DNA of 64,000 bases from an uncultured virus (IMG/VR IMGVR_UViG_3300048006_000261) (lineage: Duplodnaviria; Heunggongvirae; Uroviricota; Caudoviricetes). This document shows positions 1-8,349 of this stretch, piece after piece (within the stretch, counting starts at the first letter, position 1; each line of letters opens with the position of its first letter). The notes under the pieces were generated by a model, which did no database searches, was not told the origin of the DNA, and saw nothing but the letters and a program-made list of their open reading frames with translations. Made by a program: the position numbers and the translations under genes. The stretch lies in the IMG/VR virus record IMGVR_UViG_3300048006_000261; one strand, written 5' to 3'.

Positions 1-122
1 AATATCTTTATTATCGTTTAGGTATATATTACAACGCACGCCGTCAAGCTTTGGTTGTATATAGGTTGGTTGGTTAAAGTCACAGCGTTTTTCGCTGAAC
101 TTATGGGCTAACATTGGTTTTT

Positions 123-413
123 TCATAGGTTGTCTAGTTTTTTTTGTATTATATTTAGTTTGTTTTTTATTATTGCAGCTTTTCTGTACTGCTCTTTGTC
201 TTCGTACAAATTTAATAGTGTCATTAGCCTAGCTAACTCAGATATAAGAAACTCTTCGTCTGTTTCTTTAAAAGGTATTTGACCTTTTATTATTTCGTTA
301 ATAGACATAGGAGACATAGCATGAACCTCGTTCTTCATTCTGTAAAGAAGTTTATCTAGTACTAAGTCTGCAATTGTATCTAACATATCGTCATCTATAT
401 TATCGTACTTCAT
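123..413 (-). CDS. Hypothetical early protein with UVR-like C-terminus
   Basis: 96-aa ORF; C-terminal EQYRKAAIIKNKL resembles a UvrB/C helical motif; the true start may be further downstream because this ATG lies inside a promoter-like motif. Confidence 0.5.
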   Translation of the reverse strand: MKYDNIDDDMLDTIADLVLDKLLYRMKNEVHAMSPMSINEIIKGQIPFKETDEEFLISELARLMTLLNLYEDKEQYRKAAIIKNKLNIIQKKLDNL

Positions 414-867
414 TCGTATTTAATTTGTTATAGTTAGTATATTCATATTCATCTCTAGACCATTTTTTGATCACATCATCTACTTTGTTTACAAATACAC
501 ACTCATTAGTATATTGATTCCAACAAGTTATAAACACGTCAGGTTTACCTGTCCATATAATATAAGTATAATGATGATCTATTCTGTCATGAGAAGGATA
601 TAAGTATTGGCTATTGTAATGAAAGTCTTTTACTAAGTGTGATGCTATTCTTGATCCATCACCAAAGCTTGTAAAACCTTTTACCTCTTGCATATGCTTA
701 ACCCAGTTAGCAAGCTCTACAGCTCTATACTCAGGGTAACCATCGTGATGTAAATACATATTTACATAGCTATCGTCACTGACTACACTTGGGTTACAAG
801 CAAAGCCTAGGTCATTGTCTTCCGCAGTCGACCTTGGTACTACCATTGTTACATTTCTTGTTGCCAT
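400..867 (-). CDS. Phage hypothetical protein (YLHHDGYP motif)
   Basis: 155-aa ORF tightly packed with its neighbours. Confidence 0.6.
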   Translation of the reverse strand: MATRNVTMVVPRSTAEDNDLGFACNPSVVSDDSYVNMYLHHDGYPEYRAVELANWVKHMQEVKGFTSFGDGSRIASHLVKDFHYNSQYLYPSHDRIDHHYTYIIWTGKPDVFITCWNQYTNECVFVNKVDDVIKKWSRDEYEYTNYNKLNTNEVR

Positions 868-868
868 A

Positions 869-1159
869 TTAATCTAGTAATTTCATATAAGCTTTAGGAT
901 TTTCTGATCTAAACCAGTCCATACCTTTAATTAATTCTTTTCTTAGTTTAGTTATATATGGATCTTCTACATCTGAGTCGTTATCAAACGTTACTTCTAT
1001 AGTATAAGTAGCACCCATTATAAAGTCATACATACTAGCTTCTGCTCCGGTTAATAGGCAACTTTCACCACTAAATGGATTTGTTACCTCTTCTGGTGAG
1101 CTGTACCAGGCGCCGTTAAACCATTTTGGTTTAGATTGGTTGCTCTTCGTATCCTTCAT
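869..1159 (-). CDS. Hypothetical early protein
   Basis: 96-aa ORF in the tightly packed minus-strand run. Confidence 0.6.
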   Translation of the reverse strand: MKDTKSNQSKPKWFNGAWYSSPEEVTNPFSGESCLLTGAEASMYDFIMGATYTIEVTFDNDSDVEDPYITKLRKELIKGMDWFRSENPKAYMKLLD

Positions 1160-1592
1160 CTATAAGTATATCTTTAATTTCTTGTTCTGTTATTTCACAA
1201 ATACCTTGGTATATTTCGCTGAACATATCTGAGTACCAGTACTCATCTATAAAATCATCCGCTACATATATAACAGAATCTATACGACCCATACCTCTTA
1301 TTGCATCTTCTAATTCTGTAGCTAAATTACTATCATAGTAATGTACATGTTCACCTACGCATATATTTCTATCATCATACGTAGCAATATAAACTTCGTA
1401 GCCATCTGCCGTTGATTCAGGGTAAACATAATAGTCTGCGTTTTGTGTGTAGTCATTAGTAATTTCTACATCATAGTATTTTAATACTGCTTGTTGCACA
1501 AACTCTTCATCTTGTATCTTGTCACCGTCAGTTGGTAAACCTCTTTTGATCATTTCTTTTTCTATGATCTCGTCTGTTATATATTTTTTCAT
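1131..1592 (-). CDS. Acidic hypothetical protein
   Basis: 153-aa D/E/Y-rich ORF overlapping its neighbours. Confidence 0.6.
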   Translation of the reverse strand: MKKYITDEIIEKEMIKRGLPTDGDKIQDEEFVQQAVLKYYDVEITNDYTQNADYYVYPESTADGYEVYIATYDDRNICVGEHVHYYDSNLATELEDAIRGMGRIDSVIYVADDFIDEYWYSDMFSEIYQGICEITEQEIKDILIDEGYEEQPI

Positions 1593-1828
1593 GATTTATC
1601 AATTATTTTTTCACCGTACATAAAGCTGTAGCAATCTAGTTCCCAACTGTTTAAGTCACCGTAGGTTAATATATCTCTAACTTCATAGACATTTAGTTCC
1701 GACCACATCATTTTTGACATAAGCGTATACTTTAGTCTTTTAGCGCTATCGTATTTTCTAGCACTAGCTTTTAAACTTGTTTTAACGTCGGGCAATAGTT
1801 TGTCGTAGACGGTTTTAATTTTTGTCAT
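1589..1828 (-). CDS. Hypothetical early protein
   Basis: 79-aa ORF just downstream of the promoter-like motif at 1854-1886. Confidence 0.6.
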   Translation of the reverse strand: MTKIKTVYDKLLPDVKTSLKASARKYDSAKRLKYTLMSKMMWSELNVYEVRDILTYGDLNSWELDCYSFMYGEKIIDKS

Positions 1829-1885
1829 AGTTTTATTTATTTTTAATTACATTTATATAATCGTTTAGCATTCGTATTTGTTTTG

Positions 1886-1958
1886 TTGCGGCAGAAGGAT
1901 TCGAACCAACGACCTCATGGTTATGAGCCATGCGAGCTGACCACTGCTCTATACCGCA
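1886..1958 (-). tRNA. tRNA-Met (CAT), initiator-like D arm
   Basis: Minus strand: acceptor TGCGGTA/TGCCGCA, D arm GAGCAGTGGTCAGCTC, anticodon arm CATGG-CTCATAA-CCATG, T loop TTCGAAT; T stem GTTGG/CCTTC has two U-U mismatches; CCA not encoded. Confidence 0.85.
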
Positions 1959-1965
1959 AATAAGT

Positions 1966-2044
1966 TACCGGCTGTCACTACAACTGGCTTTGTACAACTG
2001 ATACCTCAAGGAAGCCGAGACGTCGATTTACTGTTAAGCCGGTA
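1966..2044 (-). ncRNA. Putative small structured RNA A
   Basis: Closed by 8-bp TACCGGCT/AGCCGGTA; inner GGCTT/AAGCC; abuts the tRNA; strand inferred from neighbours. Confidence 0.4.
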
Positions 2045-2052
2045 TTATATTA

Positions 2053-2140
2053 AGAGAGATGTGCCCACGAAGTACTTCGCTTACGTAAATCCGCCGTTGT
2101 TTTGTCGACAAGTATATCTCTGCATATCTGCCATCTCTCT
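2053..2140 (-). ncRNA. Putative small structured RNA B
   Basis: Closed by 9-bp AGAGAGATG/CATCTCTCT; internal palindromes; strand inferred from neighbours. Confidence 0.4.
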
Positions 2141-2145
2141 GTTAG

Positions 2146-2231
2146 TGGAAGTGGGCGGAGTCGAACCGCCGTTTGAGATACTGTCTTGCCATAGTCGGCG
2201 AAGATACTGTCTCACTTACCTTATCACTCCC
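2146..2231 (-). ncRNA. Minimal tmRNA-like tRNA-like domain (no tag reading frame)
   Basis: Acceptor GGGAGTG/CACTTCC-A with G3-U70 and A73, T arm GGCGG-TTCGACT-CCGCC, unpaired D region, long hairpin in place of an anticodon arm. Confidence 0.7.
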
Positions 2232-2234
2232 ATT

Positions 2235-2399
2235 TCGAGGCACCAGTTGTGGACAGGTAGTTAACTAGTATTGTCATTTATCCACACTTTCTGTTTTGTT
2301 GAAGTTATAAACTTCACGGAGCCATCCGGTACTCTTTCAACCGTTCCAACCGTTTGTTCTTACCCTTCAACTAACGTGACCTGTATGCCGCCACCTCGA
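2235..2399 (-). ncRNA. Putative structured RNA C (about 165 nt)
   Basis: Ends pair TCGAGG/CCTCGA, nested ACAGGT/ACCTGT; lies 3 nt from the tmRNA-like 5' end. Confidence 0.4.
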
Positions 2400-2484
2400 T
2401 TGCTAGCTATTCACTTATGTGTAATCATCGAGCCGTTTCTCACATCCCGCTAAGGAATTACGCCTTTAATCATACCTAATTAAG

Positions 2485-2661
2485 TTACTCGTCTAGCGGG
2501 TTTCTTGTTTTATCATATAGCTTTACAGCTTCTCTAATATCTTTTATATCATAATCTATTAGTATTCTGTATGCTTTTCTGTTTGGCGCATGTGTGTATA
2601 GCACGTCTTTGTGCTCTTTTTCTTCTTGCATCTCAAACCATTTTTTTACTGAATCACTCAT
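2485..2661 (-). CDS. Small hypothetical protein (58 aa, not in ORF track)
   Basis: MSDSVKKWFEMQEEKEHKD...RNPLDE*, overlapping the stop of the upstream ORF. Confidence 0.55.
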   Translation of the reverse strand: MSDSVKKWFEMQEEKEHKDVLYTHAPNRKAYRILIDYDIKDIREAVKLYDKTRNPLDE

Positions 2662-2863
2662 ATATATTTAAGTATTTATTAGCGAGTTTACCGATAACGA
2701 GCTTCATCAAGTAACTATGAGCTTCGTTTATATCTGGTGTAGAGCTTAGTAATGACTTAGCATCGCTACCGGTTAATGTCCACTCGCATATTCTGTATAT
2801 TTCTTCTACTGCTTCATGTGTAGCTTTATCAGCTAACATATCAAATTCTTTAGTTTTACTCAT
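2654..2863 (-). CDS. Hypothetical early protein
   Basis: 69-aa ORF. Confidence 0.55.
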   Translation of the reverse strand: MSKTKEFDMLADKATHEAVEEIYRICEWTLTGSDAKSLLSSTPDINEAHSYLMKLVIGKLANKYLNIYE

Positions 2864-2876
2864 AGTTTTATATTTA

Positions 2877-3089
2877 TTATTTTAGACATGTGCCATAACC
2901 TCTGCGAGCGCCTAGCTTTCTGATACGTTTCGCCTGTTCTTTCGGCATAATCTGAATGGTATTACCGGTTTTGTGGTAAGTGACAGCAATACAGCCATAT
3001 GGCTCGGTAGTGCTACATTCGACGCAAGAGGTATAACCTAGTGCTAAACGCTGTGGAGGTATTGTATTATTACATTTACATTTTTTCAT
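2877..3089 (-). CDS. Small zinc-finger protein (DksA/TraR C4-like)
   Basis: CKC...IPPQRLALGYTSCVEC resembles the TraR/DksA zinc-finger pattern IP..RL......C..C. Confidence 0.55.
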   Translation of the reverse strand: MKKCKCNNTIPPQRLALGYTSCVECSTTEPYGCIAVTYHKTGNTIQIMPKEQAKRIRKLGARRGYGTCLK

Positions 3090-3098
3090 ACAAATATA

Positions 3099-3521
3099 TT
3101 ATCGTGCTATTTTCGTATTTGTTTTGTAATTTCTTAAATAAAATTCTAACATAAATTTAAGTCTTGCCATACCGCTATATATTTTAGCTCTTGATATAGT
3201 TGTATATTTTTTAGTTATAGTTTTGTCACCTTCTAAAAATACCCACCTTTTCTCACGTTTATATGTAGGATTTAGTTGATAATTAGATGAACAAGAGTTT
3301 TGGTTTCTAACATAGCCAGTTTTAAACACAGCAAGTCTTAAATTTTCACCGTTTTTATATCTTCTTCTTGATGGTACAGGAAATTCAAACTCTCTTGTGC
3401 CATTTATTGCTTGTCTTTGTGTAGTTATTTCTTTAATATTATACTCGACTAGTAATGCTCTTGCAAACGAGTCTTCTAACATTTGTTGTTCTTGTCTCCA
3501 AGTGTATTTAGATTTGGTCAT
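3099..3521 (-). CDS. Hypothetical early protein
   Basis: 140-aa ORF. Confidence 0.6.
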   Translation of the reverse strand: MTKSKYTWRQEQQMLEDSFARALLVEYNIKEITTQRQAINGTREFEFPVPSRRRYKNGENLRLAVFKTGYVRNQNSCSSNYQLNPTYKREKRWVFLEGDKTITKKYTTISRAKIYSGMARLKFMLEFYLRNYKTNTKIAR

Positions 3522-3738
3522 TGTAGTAAGGTTTAGTATAGTTTACATTAGGTTTTATAGATGCAGCGACACTTTGTCTGAACTGCCATTCTCTTTTACG
3601 ATAATCATAGTCTGTACACCATTTTTTGTATGCAATAGTGCGTGTAGATTCACCGTACTTAGTTTCGAAATCTGTTACTTCTTTGAGTTTAGCAGCAATT
3701 TGATCTGCTGGATAATCTTTAAATTCTGAATTATGCAT
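3508..3738 (-). CDS. Hypothetical early protein
   Basis: 76-aa ORF overlapping the next gene. Confidence 0.55.
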   Translation of the reverse strand: MHNSEFKDYPADQIAAKLKEVTDFETKYGESTRTIAYKKWCTDYDYRKREWQFRQSVAASIKPNVNYTKPYYNDQI

Positions 3739-4261
3739 AGTAGTGATCGCCGATTTTACAGTAGTTAGTATATTCTTTTACGTAAGGTATTCTTGTTACT
3801 ACTTTGTCACCTAGCCTTATATTTTTAGGTTGATCAAAGACGTCATAAGTAAGTATTTTTAATGATTTCATATTTTAATTTATTATATTATCGTGCTTTA
3901 TTCGTATTTATATTGTATTTTCTATACCAATTATCTTCTATCATCATTATTTCTTGACGAGTTAGCTTTAGTATTTTTTTACTTGTATGTTTTCTAGAGC
4001 GTGCCATAGTGTACATCAGTATATTCTTCAATTGTTACATATTTTTGTAGATCGTGAGAGTATATCATACCATCAATCACATGCTCGTCACTGAATGACC
4101 ATACTTTTTCGTGTTTAAATTTTCTCATAGTTTATTAGTTGATTTGTAGAACTTTATTCTGTCAAGAACATCTTGTCTAGTTATTTTATTTTCCATTTGT
4201 TTACCGATATAGTAAGTCATATCGATTTCTTTACCGTTTTCACACGTCAATACCCACTTCA

Positions 4262-4456
4262 TTAGTTATATATTCCGAAGTTAGCATTAGAAGCATCGAT
4301 CTCACCTGTTAGTAAACCTACTATCATGAATAGTATTCCTGAAACCGCCATTGGCATTAATACTCCGAAGGCTAATAGCTCAAAAGCTAGTTCTGTTACT
4401 GATTTACCTTTTACATAGTTGTACACTTTATTCTGTACGAATTTAATTTTACTCAT
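4262..4456 (-). CDS. Small single-pass membrane protein
   Basis: 64 aa with a hydrophobic segment; promoter-like motif 20 nt upstream. Confidence 0.55.
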   Translation of the reverse strand: MSKIKFVQNKVYNYVKGKSVTELAFELLAFGVLMPMAVSGILFMIVGLLTGEIDASNANFGIYN

Positions 4457-4676
4457 AGTTATTTATTTATTACGTTTATATTATCGATTAGTTGTCGTAT
4501 TTAGTTTGTTAGTAGAAGTCATAGTAGATATCAGTTACGTGAGCTCGCTCATCATAAGTTAGTTCATTCCAATGCTTTTTGTATAATCTGAAAGAGATTT
4601 TTAGTAGATATGTATTTCTATGTGCCATATTATTATATTTAATTAGTTACTGATAACACTCTGTTACCTTAGTTAG

Positions 4677-4717
4677 TAGACATGGTGAGAATCGAACTCA
4701 CGTTAACCATTATGTCT
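4677..4717 (-). ncRNA. Mini tRNA-like element (acceptor stem plus T arm only)
   Basis: AGACAT-AATGGTTAAC-GTGAG-TTCGATT-CTCAC-C-ATGTCT-A. Confidence 0.5.
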
Positions 4718-4774
4718 TTACTTGTTCGCAATTTATACTGTTAGAAACAAGTGGAACTCACAGTGAAGTTAAAG

Positions 4775-5002
4775 TTATACTAACTCTTTACCTCTTACTA
4801 TTAACGGAATGTTATTAGTAGCAGTGTACGACTTGTACTTTAACCAACATGGTAAGTTAGTTAGTGTATCTTTCATTATTGAAAATACTTTGTCGTGATT
4901 GTAAATTATCTTGTCACCTTTTTTGTTAGTGAATTCGAATGTTACATTTTTTCCGATTAGTGATTGTCTTACAACAAATCTTTTAGTGATTAAATTACTC
5001 AT
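4775..5002 (-). CDS. Hypothetical protein, first gene of the early arm
   Basis: 75-aa ORF downstream of the motif at 5039-5071. Confidence 0.6.
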   Translation of the reverse strand: MSNLITKRFVVRQSLIGKNVTFEFTNKKGDKIIYNHDKVFSIMKDTLTNLPCWLKYKSYTATNNIPLIVRGKELV

Positions 5003-5102
5003 AGTTATTATATTTATTTATTATTAATTAGTTACATAAGTATAATCGAATGTGTATCGTATTTGGTTTGTAAAAGTATATGTATTGTTTAGTAAATGAA
5101 TA

Positions 5103-5193
5103 TGTCATTATGTCATTGCGCACTGTGTCACGTTGTCATACAATAATAAATAAGTTTGTCATGTCATTGTGTCATACATATGTCATTGTGTCA
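5103..5193. repeat. Cluster of nine TGTCA direct repeats in the divergent intergenic region
   Basis: TGTCA at 5103, 5111, 5126, 5134, 5157, 5162, 5170, 5181 and 5189. Confidence 0.7.
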
Positions 5194-5453
5194 TACGTGA
5201 AATGTATATAGAAAACTATGTAGCGAAGCGAGTTTAGTTGTCTGGTTGTACACGGTTAGCATAGGAAATACGGCGGCAAACGGATTATACAGGTGGGGCC
5301 CGGTAAAATAAAAGGACTTTCCATTTTGGCAGGGTGGTATAGGGGAGGGGGGCAACACAACTCCCCAAAATATCTTACATTTTTTTTTATGACATTAGCC
5401 TCTAATAGTATACTAGTAACAGGCAAGTGTCACTTTTAACTTTACTTTACTTT

Positions 5454-5475
5454 ATGTGATTATACTAGTATCAAC
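5454..5475 (+). promoter_or_regulatory. Putative late promoter motif ATGTGAnTATAnTAnTAT
   Basis: Close copy at 20833-20856 and weaker copy near 39765; each is upstream of plus-strand genes. Confidence 0.4.
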
Positions 5476-5488
5476 AAATACATAAACT

Positions 5489-5722
5489 ATGCCTAAGCAG
5501 AAATTGTCCGCAAGAGCTGCAGCGGCTAAAAAGAAAAGAGACCTAGCAGCTGCCAACACACGAAGAAGAGAGAAGATGAGAGCTGAAAACCAACGTAAGA
5601 GAAGAGCAGCTAAGAAAGCAGGTAAAAACATAAAAGGTAAAGACTATGACCACAAAACCAGAAGATTTACCAGTATAAAAGCGAACCGTGGAAACAGAGG
5701 ACACGGTACGAAGAAAGAGTAA
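5489..5722 (+). CDS. Small highly basic protein
   Basis: 77 aa, K/R-rich; KDYDH...ANR resembles a degenerate HNH-like motif. Confidence 0.6.
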   Translation: MPKQKLSARAAAAKKKRDLAAANTRRREKMRAENQRKRRAAKKAGKNIKGKDYDHKTRRFTSIKANRGNRGHGTKKE

Positions 5723-5754
5723 CCAAACCTCTGCTAACCTAAAATACCATAAAC

Positions 5755-6075
5755 ATGACGTATTTTTATTACAAGACTAATACGTGGAATAGTCAACCAC
5801 AAATCTCCGAAGAACAAATAAAACTTTGGAAACACCTTTCAGAAAAGAAAAACTGGAGGATAGTACAATTACCAAATGGTTTTTATCAAACAGAGTACAA
5901 AGACATCGATTGTCCTTGTAATCCTGAAGATGATACATGCTGTGAAAAATGGCATGATGTTACAAGAAGAGAAACTATGGACGGAGCAGAAGCTGCAATT
6001 GATGGAAGCATCGAGCACTATGCTAAGAAAGTAGACTTCTTAAAAGGACCAAAAGTAGTTAAGACATTTAAGTAA
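5755..6075 (+). CDS. Hypothetical protein
   Basis: 106-aa ORF. Confidence 0.65.
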   Translation: MTYFYYKTNTWNSQPQISEEQIKLWKHLSEKKNWRIVQLPNGFYQTEYKDIDCPCNPEDDTCCEKWHDVTRRETMDGAEAAIDGSIEHYAKKVDFLKGPKVVKTFK

Positions 6076-6094
6076 TTAATTAAAATCAAATTTA

Positions 6095-7666
6095 ATGGAA
6101 TTTAATCAACCTAGCGAAATTGTCAAAGATCTTTACTTTGGTGATGAAGCTAAATCAAAAATTATGAATGGTGTAGATAAACTAGCGAAAGCTGTTAAAT
6201 CTACTCTAGGTGCCTCAGGTAAGTGCGTAGTATACGAAGATGGATTAGGCAGACCAGTTATAACTAAAGATGGTGTAACTGTAGCTGATTCAGTAGTACT
6301 AATGGATCCTGTAGAAAATATAGGTGCAACACTTATTAAAGAAGCATCGAAAAACACAGTGAAGGAAGCAGGTGACGGTACCACTACGGCTATCGTCCTT
6401 GCTGAATCACTATTAAAAGAGGTCAACTCACAAGTAAAGTCTAACGATAGTATAAGAGATATAAAACATGGCATTGAAACAGGATATAAAAAGGTTGTGG
6501 AATACCTTTCAGAACACAGCAAAGCAGTATCTGGCGATCAGCTTACAAGCGTTTCAGCAATTAGCTGCAACAATGACAAAGCTTTGGGGCAAATTATTGC
6601 AGAAGCTTACAAAAAAGTAGGTAAGGACGGTGTAGTGCTGATGGAGGAGAGCGAAAGCGATGAAACCTACACAGAGATAGTAGAGGGTGTACAGTTCGAT
6701 AGTAGCTTAACATCACCTCACTTTGCTACAAATAAAGATAAAATGGTGTCAGAACTAGAAAACCCAGCGGTTTTAATAGTTTCATCACCTATACCTAACA
6801 TAAGAAAGATACAAAGTGTATTAGAATATGTTATAAAGAAAAGAAAACCTCTACTTATTATAGCAGAGGTTGACCAACAGGTCAAATCAGCGTTACTAAT
6901 GAACAAAGTTAAGGGTAATATCAATGTTAATATCATAGATCCACCTGGTTTTGGCCCTAGTAAAGCAGATACAATAGAAGATTTAGCATTTTTAACTGGA
7001 GCGCAAGTTATGAACGAAGAGCTTGGAGACGATTTAGATCTGATCCAGCCAGATTGTTTGGGTGAAGTAGTAAAATCTGTCACAGATAACAGAACTACAG
7101 TCCTTACAACTGGTTTAAAAGCGGTAGACCTCGAAGAAAGGATAAAAGATGTTAAAAATAAGATTAAAAAAGAGAAAAAACCTTATTTTAAGAAAAGATT
7201 ACAAGACAGATTAGCTATGTTAAGCGGTTCTGTTGGTATAATTAACGTAGGTGCTGATTCTAAAGTAGAATTAAAGGAAAAAAAGGATAGAGTTGAAGAT
7301 GCTATCTATGCAGTTAAGGCTGCATTACAAGAAGGTATTGTTTCTGGAGGTGGAATAGCACTATTAAACGCTGCTAATTCAATAAAACCAGATAATACTG
7401 GCGAAAAAATACTAAAAACTGCTATTTTAGCACCTTTTAAAACTATTTTAGACAATGCTGGTATAGTTTTAATAAAAACTCCTACAAAAATAGGGTATGG
7501 TATAGATGTAACAACCGGAAAAGAGGTTGATATGATAAAAAGTGGCATAATAGACCCAGTCTTAGTCACAAAGACAGCACTAAAGAATGCAGTTAGTGTT
7601 GTTTCTACTATAATTTCTGCAGATTGTGTAATCTCTAATATAAGAATACCAAATGCAAGCAGTTAA
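6095..7666 (+). CDS. groEL: Phage chaperonin GroEL
   Basis: ITKDGVTVA, AGDGTTTA, KKDRVEDA, EGIVSGGG and GIIDP motifs; no GGM tail. Confidence 0.97.
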   Translation: MEFNQPSEIVKDLYFGDEAKSKIMNGVDKLAKAVKSTLGASGKCVVYEDGLGRPVITKDGVTVADSVVLMDPVENIGATLIKEASKNTVKEAGDGTTTAIVLAESLLKEVNSQVKSNDSIRDIKHGIETGYKKVVEYLSEHSKAVSGDQLTSVSAISCNNDKALGQIIAEAYKKVGKDGVVLMEESESDETYTEIVEGVQFDSSLTSPHFATNKDKMVSELENPAVLIVSSPIPNIRKIQSVLEYVIKKRKPLLIIAEVDQQVKSALLMNKVKGNINVNIIDPPGFGPSKADTIEDLAFLTGAQVMNEELGDDLDLIQPDCLGEVVKSVTDNRTTVLTTGLKAVDLEERIKDVKNKIKKEKKPYFKKRLQDRLAMLSGSVGIINVGADSKVELKEKKDRVEDAIYAVKAALQEGIVSGGGIALLNAANSIKPDNTGEKILKTAILAPFKTILDNAGIVLIKTPTKIGYGIDVTTGKEVDMIKSGIIDPVLVTKTALKNAVSVVSTIISADCVISNIRIPNASS

Positions 7667-7910
7667 TTATTACATAGTAGTAGAAAAGATCAAAGAAAAG
7701 CCTAAGAAAGTTGCTGGTTTAATTTTAACAGAAAAAACAGACAGTGACAATAGGTATATAAAAGCAAAAGTTGTAACAAAAGGTAACTTAGTCGAGGGTA
7801 TTAATGACAATAGCATTATATACTATGATAAACACGCTGGACACGGTATACACTGGAAAAATAAACTATTGCAAGTTATAAAAATACAAGATGTAGTTTT
7901 AGTAGAATGA
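7653..7910 (+). CDS. groES: Co-chaperonin GroES
   Basis: 85 aa, GLILT mobile loop, directly downstream of groEL. Confidence 0.85.
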   Translation: MQAVNYYIVVEKIKEKPKKVAGLILTEKTDSDNRYIKAKVVTKGNLVEGINDNSIIYYDKHAGHGIHWKNKLLQVIKIQDVVLVE

Positions 7911-8347
7911 AACTAAGTCCACAAGATTTAAGAGATATTGGCTTACTAAAGTATTACAGGCTCGTTCGTAAATGGGCCTGTAAAACTTATAAGCTAAATG
8001 ATGCTGATTTAGAACTTTTAGTGTATTTAGATTGCAAATCGCGATTTACACGTAATAGCTTTATAGATGGCTCTTATACTTACAGTTGGGATAAAAACCG
8101 CTGGGAACGTCTAAGGCAACAAGGTTGGATAGAAGTTTGGAGGCATCGTAACCGCACTACAATTAAATATAGTATATACAAAACATCATTTAAATGCTCT
8201 CAACTTATATCCCGTATATACAGAATTCTATTAGGGGAAGAGGATATACCCACTTCAGAAAGAAACATATTTTTTAACAATAAATCATATACTGATAAAG
8301 TTTATAACAAAGCTATAGATGATATGATAAAAGACAAAAACAGATAA
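7907..8347 (+). CDS. Hypothetical protein, possible winged-helix regulator
   Basis: LNDADLELLVYL...RLRQQGWIEV pattern resembles MarR-like wHTH. Confidence 0.45.
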   Translation: MKLSPQDLRDIGLLKYYRLVRKWACKTYKLNDADLELLVYLDCKSRFTRNSFIDGSYTYSWDKNRWERLRQQGWIEVWRHRNRTTIKYSIYKTSFKCSQLISRIYRILLGEEDIPTSERNIFFNNKSYTDKVYNKAIDDMIKDKNR

Positions 8348-8349
8348 TT

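Larger units (their letters stand above)
396..5071 (-). promoter_or_regulatory. Six copies of a bipartite motif (plus strand TATWATCG-N8-TCGTATTT-N3-TTGT), putative early promoters
   Basis: Copies at 396-428, 1854-1886, 3095-3127, 3884-3916, 4477-4509 and 5039-5071; invariant 8-nt spacer; all at gene boundaries in the minus-strand arm. Confidence 0.75.

Noticed and set aside
5..30. Seventh copy of the early motif
   Set aside because: Only the TATTATCG half is present.
2260..2285. tmRNA resume-like context ATAAAT-GAC-AAT-ACT-AGT-TAA in RNA C as a trans tag piece
   Set aside because: Only four codons, no ALAA-like end, and no visible pairing to the tRNA-like domain.
2061..2453. Plus-strand ORFs 2061-2264 and 2271-2453
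   Set aside because: Antisense to the RNA cassette, non-ATG starts, atypical composition.
2402..2497. A sixth stem-closed RNA (GCTAG/CTAGC)
   Set aside because: Only 5 bp, and one arm lies inside the 2485-2661 ORF.
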